Assembly: GCA_031364805.1 (NCBI GenBank) | Contig: JANLWW010000179.1 | Location: 3,159-67,158 of the forward strand | Length of the DNA stretch: 64,000 nucleotides | Direction: 5' to 3' | Source: Acidobacteriota bacterium | GTDB taxonomy: Bacteria > Acidobacteriota > Vicinamibacteria > Vicinamibacterales > UBA2999 | Shown: positions 19,612 through 29,161 of the stretch, piece by piece | Layout of the letters: each line of letters begins with the position of its first letter | Position numbering within the stretch: position 1 is the stretch's first letter | The notes under the pieces: model-generated | Databases searched by the model: none | The model's input: the letters and a program-made list of their open reading frames with translations, nothing else | Told to the model about the DNA's origin: nothing | Made by a program: the position numbers and the translations under genes

Positions 19612-21783
19612 CTACGGCGCCGGCTTCACGCCATCGAAATAGTCGACGATCAAACGCGACACGCGCCCGATGCGATCCTCGGTCTCGGCGTAGTCCTTGG
19701 TGATGCCGTTGACGAAGAAGGCAATGACGATGGTGCCGGAGCGCGCGTAGATCATCCCCACGTCGTTGGCGATCACGCCGCTGTCGCCGGTCTTGTGCGC
19801 GACGGGTACCGTGAGAAAGTGCGGGATGCGTCGCGTCCCGGCCTGTTGACGCAGCATGATCGCCTTCATGTCGTCGCGGCTTTCTTTCGAGGCAATCGTG
19901 CCTTGCTCGATCGCCTCGAGCATGCGCCCGATCTCGCGCGGGGTCATCTCGCCGAGCCAATAGCTGGGATCTTCAACGGTCAGCCGATCGCGATTGGCCG
20001 CCAACCTGCGCCGGTTTGCCGGATCGCGCACCACGTCTACCCACCGCGCGCGCTCGCCCACGAACAGCGACGCATACCGTGAAAACAACGGGTTGCCCTG
20101 GGCGGCGTACTGCAGTCCCGTGGTTTCTTCGGGCGTGATGTTGGCGAACCGCGGGTCGAGCAGCGCGAGCAGCTTCCGCCGGTATTCGAACCCGCGCCCG
20201 ACCATCCGGATCTTCGGGTATCCACTGCTGGCCAGCCAGGCGTTCAAGCGGTCCACGCCGCCGACCTTGAGCGTCATCAGATCGGTTGCAGTGTTGTCGC
20301 TCGTGATGACCATCTGCGTGATCAGATCGTGCACCGTTGGCGTGAGGCCGAGGTCGTTGTACTGGAGCACCCCCGAACCGTCGCGCAACTCTGCCCGTCC
20401 GATCGCGACGCGTTCACGCAGGTCGAGTGTCTTCGCTTCGGCCATCTGGAACGCGCGCACCAGGATCGGGATCTTGATCACGCTCGCGCTGCTGAACGCC
20501 TCGTCGGCGCGCACCGCGATCTCTTCGCCGGTCACCAAATGCTTCACGTAGACGCCGGTCTTGGCCGGAAACGCCGCCAGCTCCGCTTCGACCAGCTTTG
20601 TGATCTCGCTTTTGGGCGCCTGCGCCTCGCCGGTGCCGCCGAAGTAGACCACGTTGGGCGCTTCTGACCGGGCCACCGCGATGTCTGCCCAACCGTCGCG
20701 ATCCAGGTCGGCGATGGCGAACCCATAAACGGTACCTTGGTCGTCGCCGAACAGCTCCGTCGTAAAGCTCTTTCCGGCGCCGTTGTTAAAGTGAATGATG
20801 GAAGGTGCCTTCACATTGCCGACGATAATATCTGTGGCGCCGTTGCCATCAAGATCGGCCACCGCGAGGGCGTACGGCACGATGGCGGGATTGCCGATCG
20901 GCACGGCCGAGCCGAACCCGCCATCCTTGCGGCCGTAGTAGACGGCCACTCCCATGCGCTCGTCGATGGCGACAAGATCGATGAGTCCATCGCTGTTGAT
21001 GTCCGCCGCCGCTGAGATCCGAATCGTGGCATCGGGCGGGCCGAACGGCACGCGACGGCTCTCCGAAAAACCGCCCTTGGGCGCGCCGAGGTACACGTAA
21101 CTCTGGCCGCCTTCGCGATGCGGCACCGCGAGGTCGACGAAGCCGTCGTGATTGAAGTCGGCGGGCGTGACCGTGGTGGTCGGGTAGCTGGCCACCAGGA
21201 TGCAGTCGGCGTCGAAACGGCCCTTCCCCCGGTTCAGGCAGACGTAGGCGGCGCCGGGTTCTCCCCGGTTGGCGACGATGATGTCGGGCAGTCGATCGCC
21301 GTTGACGTCGGCGACGCTCGCGTTCCGTGTGCCCCATTCGGGGCGGCCAAACGTGGACCCCACGCGGAAGTGGCCCTTGCCGTCGTTCAGGTAGACGCGC
21401 TTGGGATCGGGCCGGTCGTTGCTGATGACGACGTCGAGCGCGCCGTCGCCGTCGAGATCAACGAGCAGACCCGAGTACGAGCGGTCCGACGCGCTGGCGA
21501 GGTCGTACGACGTCCGAATGCCACCGCGGCCGTCGCCGAGCAGCACCCGATCCACCAGCGGCCAGTGCCGCCCCTTGGCGAGCACGATGTCGAGGATCCC
21601 GTCGCCATCCACGTCGCCAATGCTGGCATTGGCAGACGTTTCAGATGTGGTCTCGAGCAGCAGGCGGCGTTCGTAGCGAGGGCGGGTCGATTGCCCGAGG
21701 TTCGCGTGGGCCGGGGCCAGCAGCGCGCTCGCAACGGCGAGCGCCAGGGCGATCGTCTTGGCATTGACAGTCATGCTCGTCAC
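19612..21783 (-). CDS. exported fusion protein: 7x FG-GAP/VCBS repeat propeller + class-A beta-lactamase-like serine hydrolase
   Basis: Seven D-x-[DN]-x-D-G/R-x-x-D repeats: DVDGDGILD, DLDGDGALD, DVNGDRLPD, DFNHDGFVD, DINSDGLID, DLDGNGATD, DLDRDGWAD. These are followed by S-x-x-K (SASVIK), SDN (ITSDNTATD) and KTG (AHKTGDS). Confidence 0.8.
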   Translation of the reverse strand: MTSMTVNAKTIALALAVASALLAPAHANLGQSTRPRYERRLLLETTSETSANASIGDVDGDGILDIVLAKGRHWPLVDRVLLGDGRGGIRTSYDLASASDRSYSGLLVDLDGDGALDVVISNDRPDPKRVYLNDGKGHFRVGSTFGRPEWGTRNASVADVNGDRLPDIIVANRGEPGAAYVCLNRGKGRFDADCILVASYPTTTVTPADFNHDGFVDLAVPHREGGQSYVYLGAPKGGFSESRRVPFGPPDATIRISAAADINSDGLIDLVAIDERMGVAVYYGRKDGGFGSAVPIGNPAIVPYALAVADLDGNGATDIIVGNVKAPSIIHFNNGAGKSFTTELFGDDQGTVYGFAIADLDRDGWADIAVARSEAPNVVYFGGTGEAQAPKSEITKLVEAELAAFPAKTGVYVKHLVTGEEIAVRADEAFSSASVIKIPILVRAFQMAEAKTLDLRERVAIGRAELRDGSGVLQYNDLGLTPTVHDLITQMVITSDNTATDLMTLKVGGVDRLNAWLASSGYPKIRMVGRGFEYRRKLLALLDPRFANITPEETTGLQYAAQGNPLFSRYASLFVGERARWVDVVRDPANRRRLAANRDRLTVEDPSYWLGEMTPREIGRMLEAIEQGTIASKESRDDMKAIMLRQQAGTRRIPHFLTVPVAHKTGDSGVIANDVGMIYARSGTIVIAFFVNGITKDYAETEDRIGRVSRLIVDYFDGVKPAP

Positions 21784-21809
21784 GTCAGTCCCTGGCGCTG
21801 ATTCACAAC

Positions 21810-22283
21810 TTACTGCTTGTCGTACCAGATCATGTTGTTGACCTTGTTGCCCTGCGCGTCCATGCCCGTTTGCGTGGACGTGCGCGACTTGCCGTCGGCG
21901 GCCACCGCGACTTGCGTGGTGACCGTCACCTTGCCGCCCTTCTTGGCGACCACGGTCCAGTGGTTGGCGTCGGCACCCTTGGTGTACGCCTGCATGTCGG
22001 TGTTGGGATTGCCTTTTACGGCAGCGTCCTTACCGTCGAACATGTAGGTGACTTCCGAGTGAATCGCGGCGCCTGTAGCAGGCATTGTGTCGGTGACGGA
22101 CTTGAGCCAACCCTTGCCCGCGTCGGTGGTGGTGATGGTGGAGCTCTTGGGTGCGGTGCCCGAGAACTTCGATTTTGCCAAGTTCACTTTCCAGACGCCG
22201 ACCGCCTGGGCGGAGGCGCTCTGAGCAAACGCAACGGCACAGACGAGGGCGATTGCGGCGACGACGAGGGATCTGATACGCAT
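21810..22283 (-). CDS. hypothetical small exported protein
   Basis: ATG 22283 preceded by GAGGAG. Signal peptide MRIRSLVVAAIALVCAVAFAQSASA. Beta-rich mature part (GVWKVNLAKSKF...). Confidence 0.6.
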   Translation of the reverse strand: MRIRSLVVAAIALVCAVAFAQSASAQAVGVWKVNLAKSKFSGTAPKSSTITTTDAGKGWLKSVTDTMPATGAAIHSEVTYMFDGKDAAVKGNPNTDMQAYTKGADANHWTVVAKKGGKVTVTTQVAVAADGKSRTSTQTGMDAQGNKVNNMIWYDKQ

Positions 22284-22363
22284 GTTAATCTCCTCAGTTA
22301 GAGAGACGAGGACGAAGATTGAGGGCCGGAGTATACACCTTGGCAGAAAGGGAATCAGCCGCC

Positions 22364-23281
22364 ATGAGACCATTTACCAGGGTCGCTTTGTGCGCCATCG
22401 TGCTTGGCGCCGTTTCATCCGCCGACGCCCGGCAGGCCGGTAGAGCCGTGGATCTGAACGCGATGACCAAGAACGTCACCGTGAACGGCATGTCGTTCCC
22501 GGTGATCGACCAGGGCACGGGTCCCGCGGTCCTGCTGTTACACGGTTTCCCGGATTCGCGGTTGCTCTGGCGCAATCAGATCGGGCCTTTGCTCGAGGCC
22601 GGGTTCCGCGTCATCGCCCCCGACCTGAGAGGCTTCGGTGACGCACCGAAGCCGTCCGCCGTCGAGGCGTATCGACTGCCGGTGATCGCCAGCGATGTGA
22701 TCGGCATCCTCGATGCGCTCGGCGTCAAACAGGTCCGGATTGTCGGTCACGACTGGGGGGCTGCGCTCACGTGGTATCTGGCGCTGACGCAGCCGGATCG
22801 GGTCGAGCGCCTGGTCGCGTTGTCGGTTGGTGCCAACGGCAATTCCGGAGCCGCGTCGCTGGCGCAGCGTGAGAAGTCCTGGTATTTCCTGTTCTTCCAG
22901 TTCGAAGGCATCGCCGAGACGACGCTGATGCGCAACGACTGGGCGTTCTTCAAGGACTGGTCGCGCGGACAGGGCGATACCGATCGTTATGTGAAGGATC
23001 TCGCAAGGCCGGGCGCCTTGACGGCCGCCTTGAACTGGTACCGCGCGAACGTGAGGCCGCAGATGCCCGTTGAAAATGCCCAGGCGCCGCCGAAAATTTC
23101 CGTGCCGGCGATGGGGATCTGGGGCGACGGCGATCCGTTTCTCACCGAAGACCACGTGAGGAAATCGCCCGAGCGGCTCTCAGGGTCCTGGCGCTACGAA
23201 AAGATTACCGGTGCCGGACACTGGATCATGCTCGACCAGCCCGCCGAGTTGAACCGCCTGCTGCTCGACTATTTGAAATAG
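22364..23281 (+). CDS. alpha/beta hydrolase (epoxide-hydrolase/haloalkane-dehalogenase-like), exported
   Basis: LLLHGFPDSRLLWRNQI oxyanion-hole region and nucleophile elbow VGHDWGA. N-terminal signal MRPFTRVALCAIVLGAVSSADA. Confidence 0.85.
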   Translation: MRPFTRVALCAIVLGAVSSADARQAGRAVDLNAMTKNVTVNGMSFPVIDQGTGPAVLLLHGFPDSRLLWRNQIGPLLEAGFRVIAPDLRGFGDAPKPSAVEAYRLPVIASDVIGILDALGVKQVRIVGHDWGAALTWYLALTQPDRVERLVALSVGANGNSGAASLAQREKSWYFLFFQFEGIAETTLMRNDWAFFKDWSRGQGDTDRYVKDLARPGALTAALNWYRANVRPQMPVENAQAPPKISVPAMGIWGDGDPFLTEDHVRKSPERLSGSWRYEKITGAGHWIMLDQPAELNRLLLDYLK

Positions 23282-23326
23282 CGCTGACGGAATCTCGCGG
23301 AGATTTCCAGCGGTCCCGGTCGCACG

Positions 23327-23944
23327 TTATCCCGTCGCAGCTCCTCGGTTCCGGTAGAGGGCGGTGTCGGCGACCGCGGCCATCTTCGGCTCGTCCAGGT
23401 GTCCGCCGAGAAAGGCATTGATGCGGGCCGCTTGCGCTGAGGGCGACGCCACGGCGTCGGCGTAGCCAACCTTTAAGGTCGAGAAGCACGCCCGGTTCGC
23501 CAGAAAGCGAGCCACCTGCTCCAGGTGCGTTGTGTAGAGCGCCCGCGTCCGTTCGTCTTCGGCGCCGCGCGCGGCGCCGCGCGCGTCCAGCATGCGATTC
23601 TGCGACGCGATCACCTCACTCAGATCGCGTTGCATGAATACCACCCGGTAGTCGTACGCCTCGGGCAGGTAGGTGATCAGGGACGAGATGATCTTCACCG
23701 CCTTGCCCCGCGCTTCGGCCAGCCACGCCGTGTCGCCTTCCTTGTCCAGGTCCTTCACGCGCTCGAACTCGTAATACCCGTTCGGATTGCTGGCGTCGGC
23801 GTGGCGCAAGGCGTCGGTGACGACCGGCAGTCCGCCGGCTTGGATCATCTTCATGGCCATCGAGGTGCCAGAACGCGGCAGGCCCGACACCACCACGATG
23901 GGACGACCGCGTCGAAGGCGGCGAATTAGCGAGGCTGGGGGCAT
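23327..23944 (-). CDS. sulfotransferase family protein (small, PAPS-dependent type)
   Basis: The N-terminal P-loop-like 5'-PSB motif VVVSGLPRSGTSM is typical of sulfotransferases. About 205 aa with no signal peptide. Confidence 0.65.
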   Translation of the reverse strand: MPPASLIRRLRRGRPIVVVSGLPRSGTSMAMKMIQAGGLPVVTDALRHADASNPNGYYEFERVKDLDKEGDTAWLAEARGKAVKIISSLITYLPEAYDYRVVFMQRDLSEVIASQNRMLDARGAARGAEDERTRALYTTHLEQVARFLANRACFSTLKVGYADAVASPSAQAARINAFLGGHLDEPKMAAVADTALYRNRGAATG

Positions 23945-23992
23945 CGTATCTTGCCAAACACGAGCGGGACGCCTAGAGTGATCGCAACGGTC

Positions 23993-26095
23993 ATGACCTG
24001 CCGAACCACCAGATGGCTCACGACCGCATTGTTGCTGGTCTGCCTGTTCGCCAGCGCCGAATCGGCATCAGCATACATCGGCCCCGGCGCCGGTTTTGCC
24101 CTCGTCTCGTCGGCGTTCGTCCTGCTGACGACGGTGGTCGTCGTGCTGTTCTCGCTCCTGGCGTGGCCCTTCCGCGCGTTGTGGCGAGTGCTCACCATGC
24201 CGGCGCCGCCCAAGGCGACCATAACGCGGCTGATCGTCATCGGCCTCGACGGCCAGGATCCAACACTCACCGACCAGTTCATGCGGGAAGGCATTCTGCC
24301 CAACTTCAGCGCCCTGGCTGAAGCGGGCAGTTACCGGCGGCTCAAGACCACGTTTCCCTCGGTGTCGCCGGTGGCCTGGTCGTCGTTCAGTACCGGCGCA
24401 CACCCCGCCCGCCATAACATCTTCGACTTCCTCGATCGCGATCGCCGCACCTACCTCCCGATGCTGTCGTCGACCCGCATCGGCAAGGTCGATCGTTTTC
24501 TCACGATCGGCCGCTATCGGATTCCTCTGCGCAAGCCGGAACTGCGGCTGTTGCGCAAGTCGAAGCCGTTCTGGACCATTCTCGGTGAGCACCGCATCTG
24601 GAGCACGATCCTGCGCGTGCCCATCACCTTTCCGCCCGACAAGTTCTACGGCGCTGAGCTCAGCGCGATGAGCGTGCCCGATTTGCTCGGCACACAGGGC
24701 ACATTCCTGCTGTACACGACGCGCCCGCCCGGTGCGGCGTTCAAAGAGGGCGGCCTGCGCCACCAATTGTCGATCGTGGACGACCGTGTCGAGACCTCAC
24801 TCCACGGGCCCGACAACATGTTCGTGGCGGGCAATCCGCCCCTCACGCTGCCCCTGCGCCTGCGGCTCGATCGCGTTGGGCACCAGGCGCACGTGATCCT
24901 TGGCAGCGAGGAGATCACGCTGAAGGCCGGCGCCCTGAGCGCGTGGATCCCTTTGGCTTTTTCGGCGATGCCGGGCGTCACGGTGAAGGGCATCACGCGC
25001 CTGCTCGTCACCGAAATGGGCGAGCACTTCTCGCTCTACGTCGCGCCCCTCAACCTGGATCCCGAGACGCCGGCCATGCCGATCTCGCATCCGTCCTACT
25101 ACGCCACCTACCTCGCCAAGAAGGTGGGTGCGTTCGCCACGCTCGGTCTGGCGGAAGACACCTGGGCCCTCAACGAAGGCGTCACGGACGACGGCACGTT
25201 TCTGCAGCAAACCTACGACATCGACCGTGAGCGCGAGGCGATGTTCTTCGCGTCGCTCGATCGACTCCGGCGCGGCAGCCTGGTGTGCGTGTTCGACGCC
25301 ACCGATCGCATTCAGCACATGTTCTGGCGCGACATCGATCCGGGCCATCCTGCCGGACGCGGGCGCGAGCAGGCGCCGCATCGTCATGCCATTCGCGACC
25401 TCTACCGGCACAACGACGCGATGATCGGACGAGTCCGGCAGCAACTGCGCGACGGCGACGTGTTGATGGTGATTTCGGATCATGGGTTCAGTTCGTTCCG
25501 CCGGGGCGTCAACCTCAACCAGTGGCTCCTGCGTGAGGGCTACCTTGCGCTCAAGCCCGGCACCGACGGCGGCGCCGAGTGGCTGCGTGACGTGGATTGG
25601 GCGAAGACGCGGGCCTACGCGCTCGGACTGACCGGCCTGTTCTTCAACCTGCAGGGCCGCGAAGCCCACGGCATTGTCGCGCCCGGGCCTGACGCGGCGG
25701 CGCTCAGGACCGAGATCATGGGGAAGCTCCGCGGGCTTCAGGACGACGAGCGCTCCGAGGTGGGTGTCAACGAGGCCTTCGACCCGGCGGCCCTCTATTC
25801 CGGGCCGTACCTGGAGAACGCGCCCGACCTCATCATTGGCTACAACGCCGGCTATCGCACGTCGTGGGATTGCGCCACCGGCGTCGTCGCAGGACCGGTG
25901 TTCGAGGACAACCTCAAGCCGTGGAGCGGCGACCACTGCATCGACCCGCGCCTCGTGCCAGGGGTGTTCTTCTGCAACCGCAAGGTCGATACCAAGGAGC
26001 CATCACTGATCGACATTGCGCCGACGGCGCTCCGGTTGTTCGGGATCGAACCGCCGTCGTATATGGACGGCCGGCCGATCGAGGGTCTCGTGTGA
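23993..26095 (+). CDS. alkaline-phosphatase-superfamily enzyme, type I phosphodiesterase/nucleotide pyrophosphatase-like (COG3379-like), N-terminally membrane-anchored
   Basis: N-terminus LLLVCLFASAESASAYIGPGAGFALVSSAFVLLTTVVVVLF. Metal/nucleophile motifs LIVIGLDGQD, FPSVSPVAWSSFSTG, VISDHGF, WSGDHC. Start could also be the TTG at 23951. Confidence 0.75.
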   Translation: MTCRTTRWLTTALLLVCLFASAESASAYIGPGAGFALVSSAFVLLTTVVVVLFSLLAWPFRALWRVLTMPAPPKATITRLIVIGLDGQDPTLTDQFMREGILPNFSALAEAGSYRRLKTTFPSVSPVAWSSFSTGAHPARHNIFDFLDRDRRTYLPMLSSTRIGKVDRFLTIGRYRIPLRKPELRLLRKSKPFWTILGEHRIWSTILRVPITFPPDKFYGAELSAMSVPDLLGTQGTFLLYTTRPPGAAFKEGGLRHQLSIVDDRVETSLHGPDNMFVAGNPPLTLPLRLRLDRVGHQAHVILGSEEITLKAGALSAWIPLAFSAMPGVTVKGITRLLVTEMGEHFSLYVAPLNLDPETPAMPISHPSYYATYLAKKVGAFATLGLAEDTWALNEGVTDDGTFLQQTYDIDREREAMFFASLDRLRRGSLVCVFDATDRIQHMFWRDIDPGHPAGRGREQAPHRHAIRDLYRHNDAMIGRVRQQLRDGDVLMVISDHGFSSFRRGVNLNQWLLREGYLALKPGTDGGAEWLRDVDWAKTRAYALGLTGLFFNLQGREAHGIVAPGPDAAALRTEIMGKLRGLQDDERSEVGVNEAFDPAALYSGPYLENAPDLIIGYNAGYRTSWDCATGVVAGPVFEDNLKPWSGDHCIDPRLVPGVFFCNRKVDTKEPSLIDIAPTALRLFGIEPPSYMDGRPIEGLV

Positions 26096-28047
26096 GGCGC
26101 CTGGGCCTTCGACTTTGCGCGGGACTGGTCGTCGTCTGCGCGTTGTCGGCCGTCGCCTGCAGCGGCCGGCCGTCGGTGGGCCGACGCGTGATCGTGCTCG
26201 GCTTCGATGGCCTTGACCACGACCTTACGCGCCAGATGATCGACAGTGGACGCTTACCGGGCTTCGCACGCCTGGCCCGTGAAGGCGGCTTTGCGCCGCT
26301 CGGTACCAGCATCCCGCCCCAAAGCCCTGTCGCGTGGTCGACCTTCATTACCGGTCTCGACCCAGGCGGCCACGGGATCTTCGATTTCATTCATCGCGAT
26401 CCCAAGACCATGCTGCCGTACCTGTCGACGACGCGCACCGACCCAGGCGGGCGCACGATCGGGCTGGGACGCTGGCAACTGCCGCTGTCTGGCGGCAGCG
26501 TGGAGTTGCTGCGGCGCGGCCAGCCGTTCTGGGACGTGCTCGAGGCGCGCGGCGTGTCAACCACCATCATTCGCATGCCGGCCAACTTTCCGCCATCAGG
26601 TACTGCCACGCGTGAGTTGAGCGGCATGGGTACGCCCGACCTGCGGGGCACGTATGGAACGTTTTCGTTCTTCACGTCACAGCCGTACGCGTTTGAGGGT
26701 CAAACCCTGTCGGGTGGCGCCGTCTACCCGGTCAAGGTCCGCGACGGGCTCGTCCGCGCGGCGCTCGAAGGCCCCGACAATCCGTTTCTGCGAAAGCCGG
26801 AAAAGGTCCGCGCCGAGTTCACCGCCCACCTCGATCGCGCCAACCGGCACGTCAAGCTCGTCGTCGGAACCGAAGAGCGTCTGCTCAAGGTGGGCGAGTG
26901 GAGCGACTGGGTGGCGGTGGCCTTCCCGCTGGCCCCGACGCAGCAGTTGATGGGCGAGGTCCGGTTTTACCTGAAGGGCCTCGATCCGTTCTTTGAGTTG
27001 TATGCCAGCCCGGTCAACATCGACCCGCGTGACCCCGCGATGCCGATCTCAAACCCTGACGGCTATGCGGCGGAACTGGCCGAGGCCACTGGCCGCTTCT
27101 ACACGCAAGGCATGCCCGAAGACACCAACGGCCTGAAGATGGGCGTGCTCACCGACGCCGAGTTCCTCGCCCAGGCGCGGTTCGCCGGTGACGAAAACCG
27201 TCGGCAATATCGCCACGTGCTCGATCGCTTTGACGATGGACTGTTGTTTTACTACTTCGGCAACGTCGATCAGGTGTCGCACATGATGTGGCGAGCCCGT
27301 GACCCCGATCATCCCGCCTACAACGCCGTCACCGACGCCCCCAACGCGCGCGTGGTCGACGAGCTCTATCAGGGCCTCGATGCCATCGTCACCGACACAC
27401 TGGCCAGGATGAGGCCGGACGACCTCCTCGTGGTGATGTCGGATCACGGCTTCACGTCGTGGCGCCGGGCGTTCCATTTGAACAGCTGGCTCCGCGACAA
27501 TGGCTATCTGACGCTGCTGGATCCGAGCCGTCGCGACGATCCCGGGTTTTTCGGCAACGTCGATTGGTCGCGGACGCGGGCATACGCAGTCGGCCTGAAC
27601 GGCCTGTATGTCAACGTGAAGGGACGCGAGCGGGATGGCCTTGTGGAGCCCGCCGCGCGCGCCGCACTCGCGAAGGAGATCGCCGACAAGTTGCTCGCCA
27701 CCGTTGACCCGGTGACCGGTACCGTTGCGGTGACCAGGATGTATGCCCGTGAGCAGGTGTATCACCTGGCCGGCAACGAAGAGATCGCGCCCGATCTGGT
27801 AGTGGGCTATGCCAAGGGCACGCGTGGATCGGACGAGTCGGCCCTGGGCGGCCTGCCGCGCGAGGTGATCGTGAACAACACCAGTCACTGGAGCGGTGAC
27901 CATTGCATGGACCATGAGACCGTGCCGGGGATTCTGTTGTCGAGCCGCGCGATGCGGCAACCGGCCGCGACCATCAAGGACCTGGCGGCGGCCATTCTCG
28001 CGGAGTTTGGTGTCACCGGTTTTCCGCAGCGCATCGAGGAGCACTGA
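26092..28047 (+). CDS. alkaline-phosphatase-superfamily enzyme (COG3379-like paralog), probable lipoprotein
   Basis: GTG 26092 overlaps the upstream stop (GTGTGA). Lipobox-like LSAVAC. Motifs VIVLGFDGLD, PPQSPVAWSTFITG, VMSDHGF, WSGDHC. Confidence 0.75.
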   Translation: MRRLGLRLCAGLVVVCALSAVACSGRPSVGRRVIVLGFDGLDHDLTRQMIDSGRLPGFARLAREGGFAPLGTSIPPQSPVAWSTFITGLDPGGHGIFDFIHRDPKTMLPYLSTTRTDPGGRTIGLGRWQLPLSGGSVELLRRGQPFWDVLEARGVSTTIIRMPANFPPSGTATRELSGMGTPDLRGTYGTFSFFTSQPYAFEGQTLSGGAVYPVKVRDGLVRAALEGPDNPFLRKPEKVRAEFTAHLDRANRHVKLVVGTEERLLKVGEWSDWVAVAFPLAPTQQLMGEVRFYLKGLDPFFELYASPVNIDPRDPAMPISNPDGYAAELAEATGRFYTQGMPEDTNGLKMGVLTDAEFLAQARFAGDENRRQYRHVLDRFDDGLLFYYFGNVDQVSHMMWRARDPDHPAYNAVTDAPNARVVDELYQGLDAIVTDTLARMRPDDLLVVMSDHGFTSWRRAFHLNSWLRDNGYLTLLDPSRRDDPGFFGNVDWSRTRAYAVGLNGLYVNVKGRERDGLVEPAARAALAKEIADKLLATVDPVTGTVAVTRMYAREQVYHLAGNEEIAPDLVVGYAKGTRGSDESALGGLPREVIVNNTSHWSGDHCMDHETVPGILLSSRAMRQPAATIKDLAAAILAEFGVTGFPQRIEEH

Positions 28048-28049
28048 CC

Positions 28050-28241
28050 ATGTTCGGATCAGGGATCAAGCTGGAGAAGACGCTGTTAGCCAAGGTCAAG
28101 CGCTACGCCGACCTCGCCGGCTACTCGTCGGTAGACGAGTTTGTGACACACGTGATCGAGAAGGAGCTGGCCAAGGTCGAAGGCTCCGATTCGGAAGAAG
28201 AGATCAAGAAGAAGCTGAAGGGACTTGGCTACATTTCCTGA
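28050..28241 (+). CDS. ribbon-helix-helix-like mini-protein (63 aa)
   Basis: ATG lies 2 nt after the upstream stop. Predicted strand-helix-helix pattern GIKLEKTLLAKVKRYADLAGYSSVDEFVTHVIEKEL resembles CopG/Arc. Acidic/lysine tail ending KLKGLGYIS. Confidence 0.6.
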   Translation: MFGSGIKLEKTLLAKVKRYADLAGYSSVDEFVTHVIEKELAKVEGSDSEEEIKKKLKGLGYIS

Positions 28242-28245
28242 ACGA

Positions 28246-29076
28246 GTGTTGGCGTGGGTGAACGCCGCACTCGTGCGCGCCGGCGACACCGGCCTTGCCC
28301 CCATCATCGGCCTGCCGCCGCTGGTTGGCCTGCTGATGGTGTCGATCATCACTGCGGTGTTGATGCTGCTCGTGATGGCGCGCGTGTCCGATCAGAAGGG
28401 CCTGGCCGAGGCCAAGCGCGGTATTCACGCCGCGCTCTTTGAGATTCGCCTGTTCAACGACGATCTGGTGGCGGTGATGCGCGCGCTGGGCGACGCGCTG
28501 CGTCATAACGGGCGGTACCTGCTGCTGTCGTTGGTGCCGCTGGCATGGATGGCGATGCCGCTTGTGCTCGTCGTGGCTCAATTGCAAGCGTTCTACGGCT
28601 ACGCCGGGCTCACGCCCGGTCAGCCGGCTATTCTCAAAGTGGAATTGCGGGGAGTCTTGCCGGACACCTCTGCTGGGGCGGTGGTGCTGGACGCGCCCCC
28701 CGAGGTGCTGGTTGAGACCGGCCCCGTGCGGCTGGCGTCCGACAACGAGGTGCTGTGGCGGATCGTACCCACCGCCACCGGCGAGTACGCCCTCACCGTT
28801 CGGGTCGGGTCCACCGTGGCCTCCAAGACGCTGCAAGTGTCGTCAGTGCTGGCACGACGATCGCCCCGGCGCGTGTCGGCCGAGTTGATTGGCCAGTTAT
28901 GGTATCCCTCGGAGCCGCCGCTTCCGGACGCTGGCCTGATCGCAGCGATTAGTGTTGCGTATCCCGAGCCCGGGATCGACCTGGCCGGATGGCGAGTGCA
29001 CTGGATGGTGGTCTACATCGGGCTGTCGATGGCGTGCGCGTTTGCGCTGGCTGGCCGATTCGGAGTCACGCTCTAG
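28246..29076 (+). CDS. hypothetical polytopic membrane protein
   Basis: GTG 28246 lies 4 nt after the upstream stop (TTG 28225 is an alternative). TM helices IIGLPPLVGLLMVSIITAVLMLLVM, LLLSLVPLAWMAMPLVLVVAQL and a C-terminal HWMVVYIGLSMACAFALAG. Beta-rich domain in between. Confidence 0.6.
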   Translation: MLAWVNAALVRAGDTGLAPIIGLPPLVGLLMVSIITAVLMLLVMARVSDQKGLAEAKRGIHAALFEIRLFNDDLVAVMRALGDALRHNGRYLLLSLVPLAWMAMPLVLVVAQLQAFYGYAGLTPGQPAILKVELRGVLPDTSAGAVVLDAPPEVLVETGPVRLASDNEVLWRIVPTATGEYALTVRVGSTVASKTLQVSSVLARRSPRRVSAELIGQLWYPSEPPLPDAGLIAAISVAYPEPGIDLAGWRVHWMVVYIGLSMACAFALAGRFGVTL

Positions 29077-29161
29077 AGAGAGGCAATCCTGCGGGTTGCC
29101 TCCACACTCAGCCGGTCAGGGCCGGCTGGCGTGGCCCTCGGCGTATGATCGCAGCAGGTTC

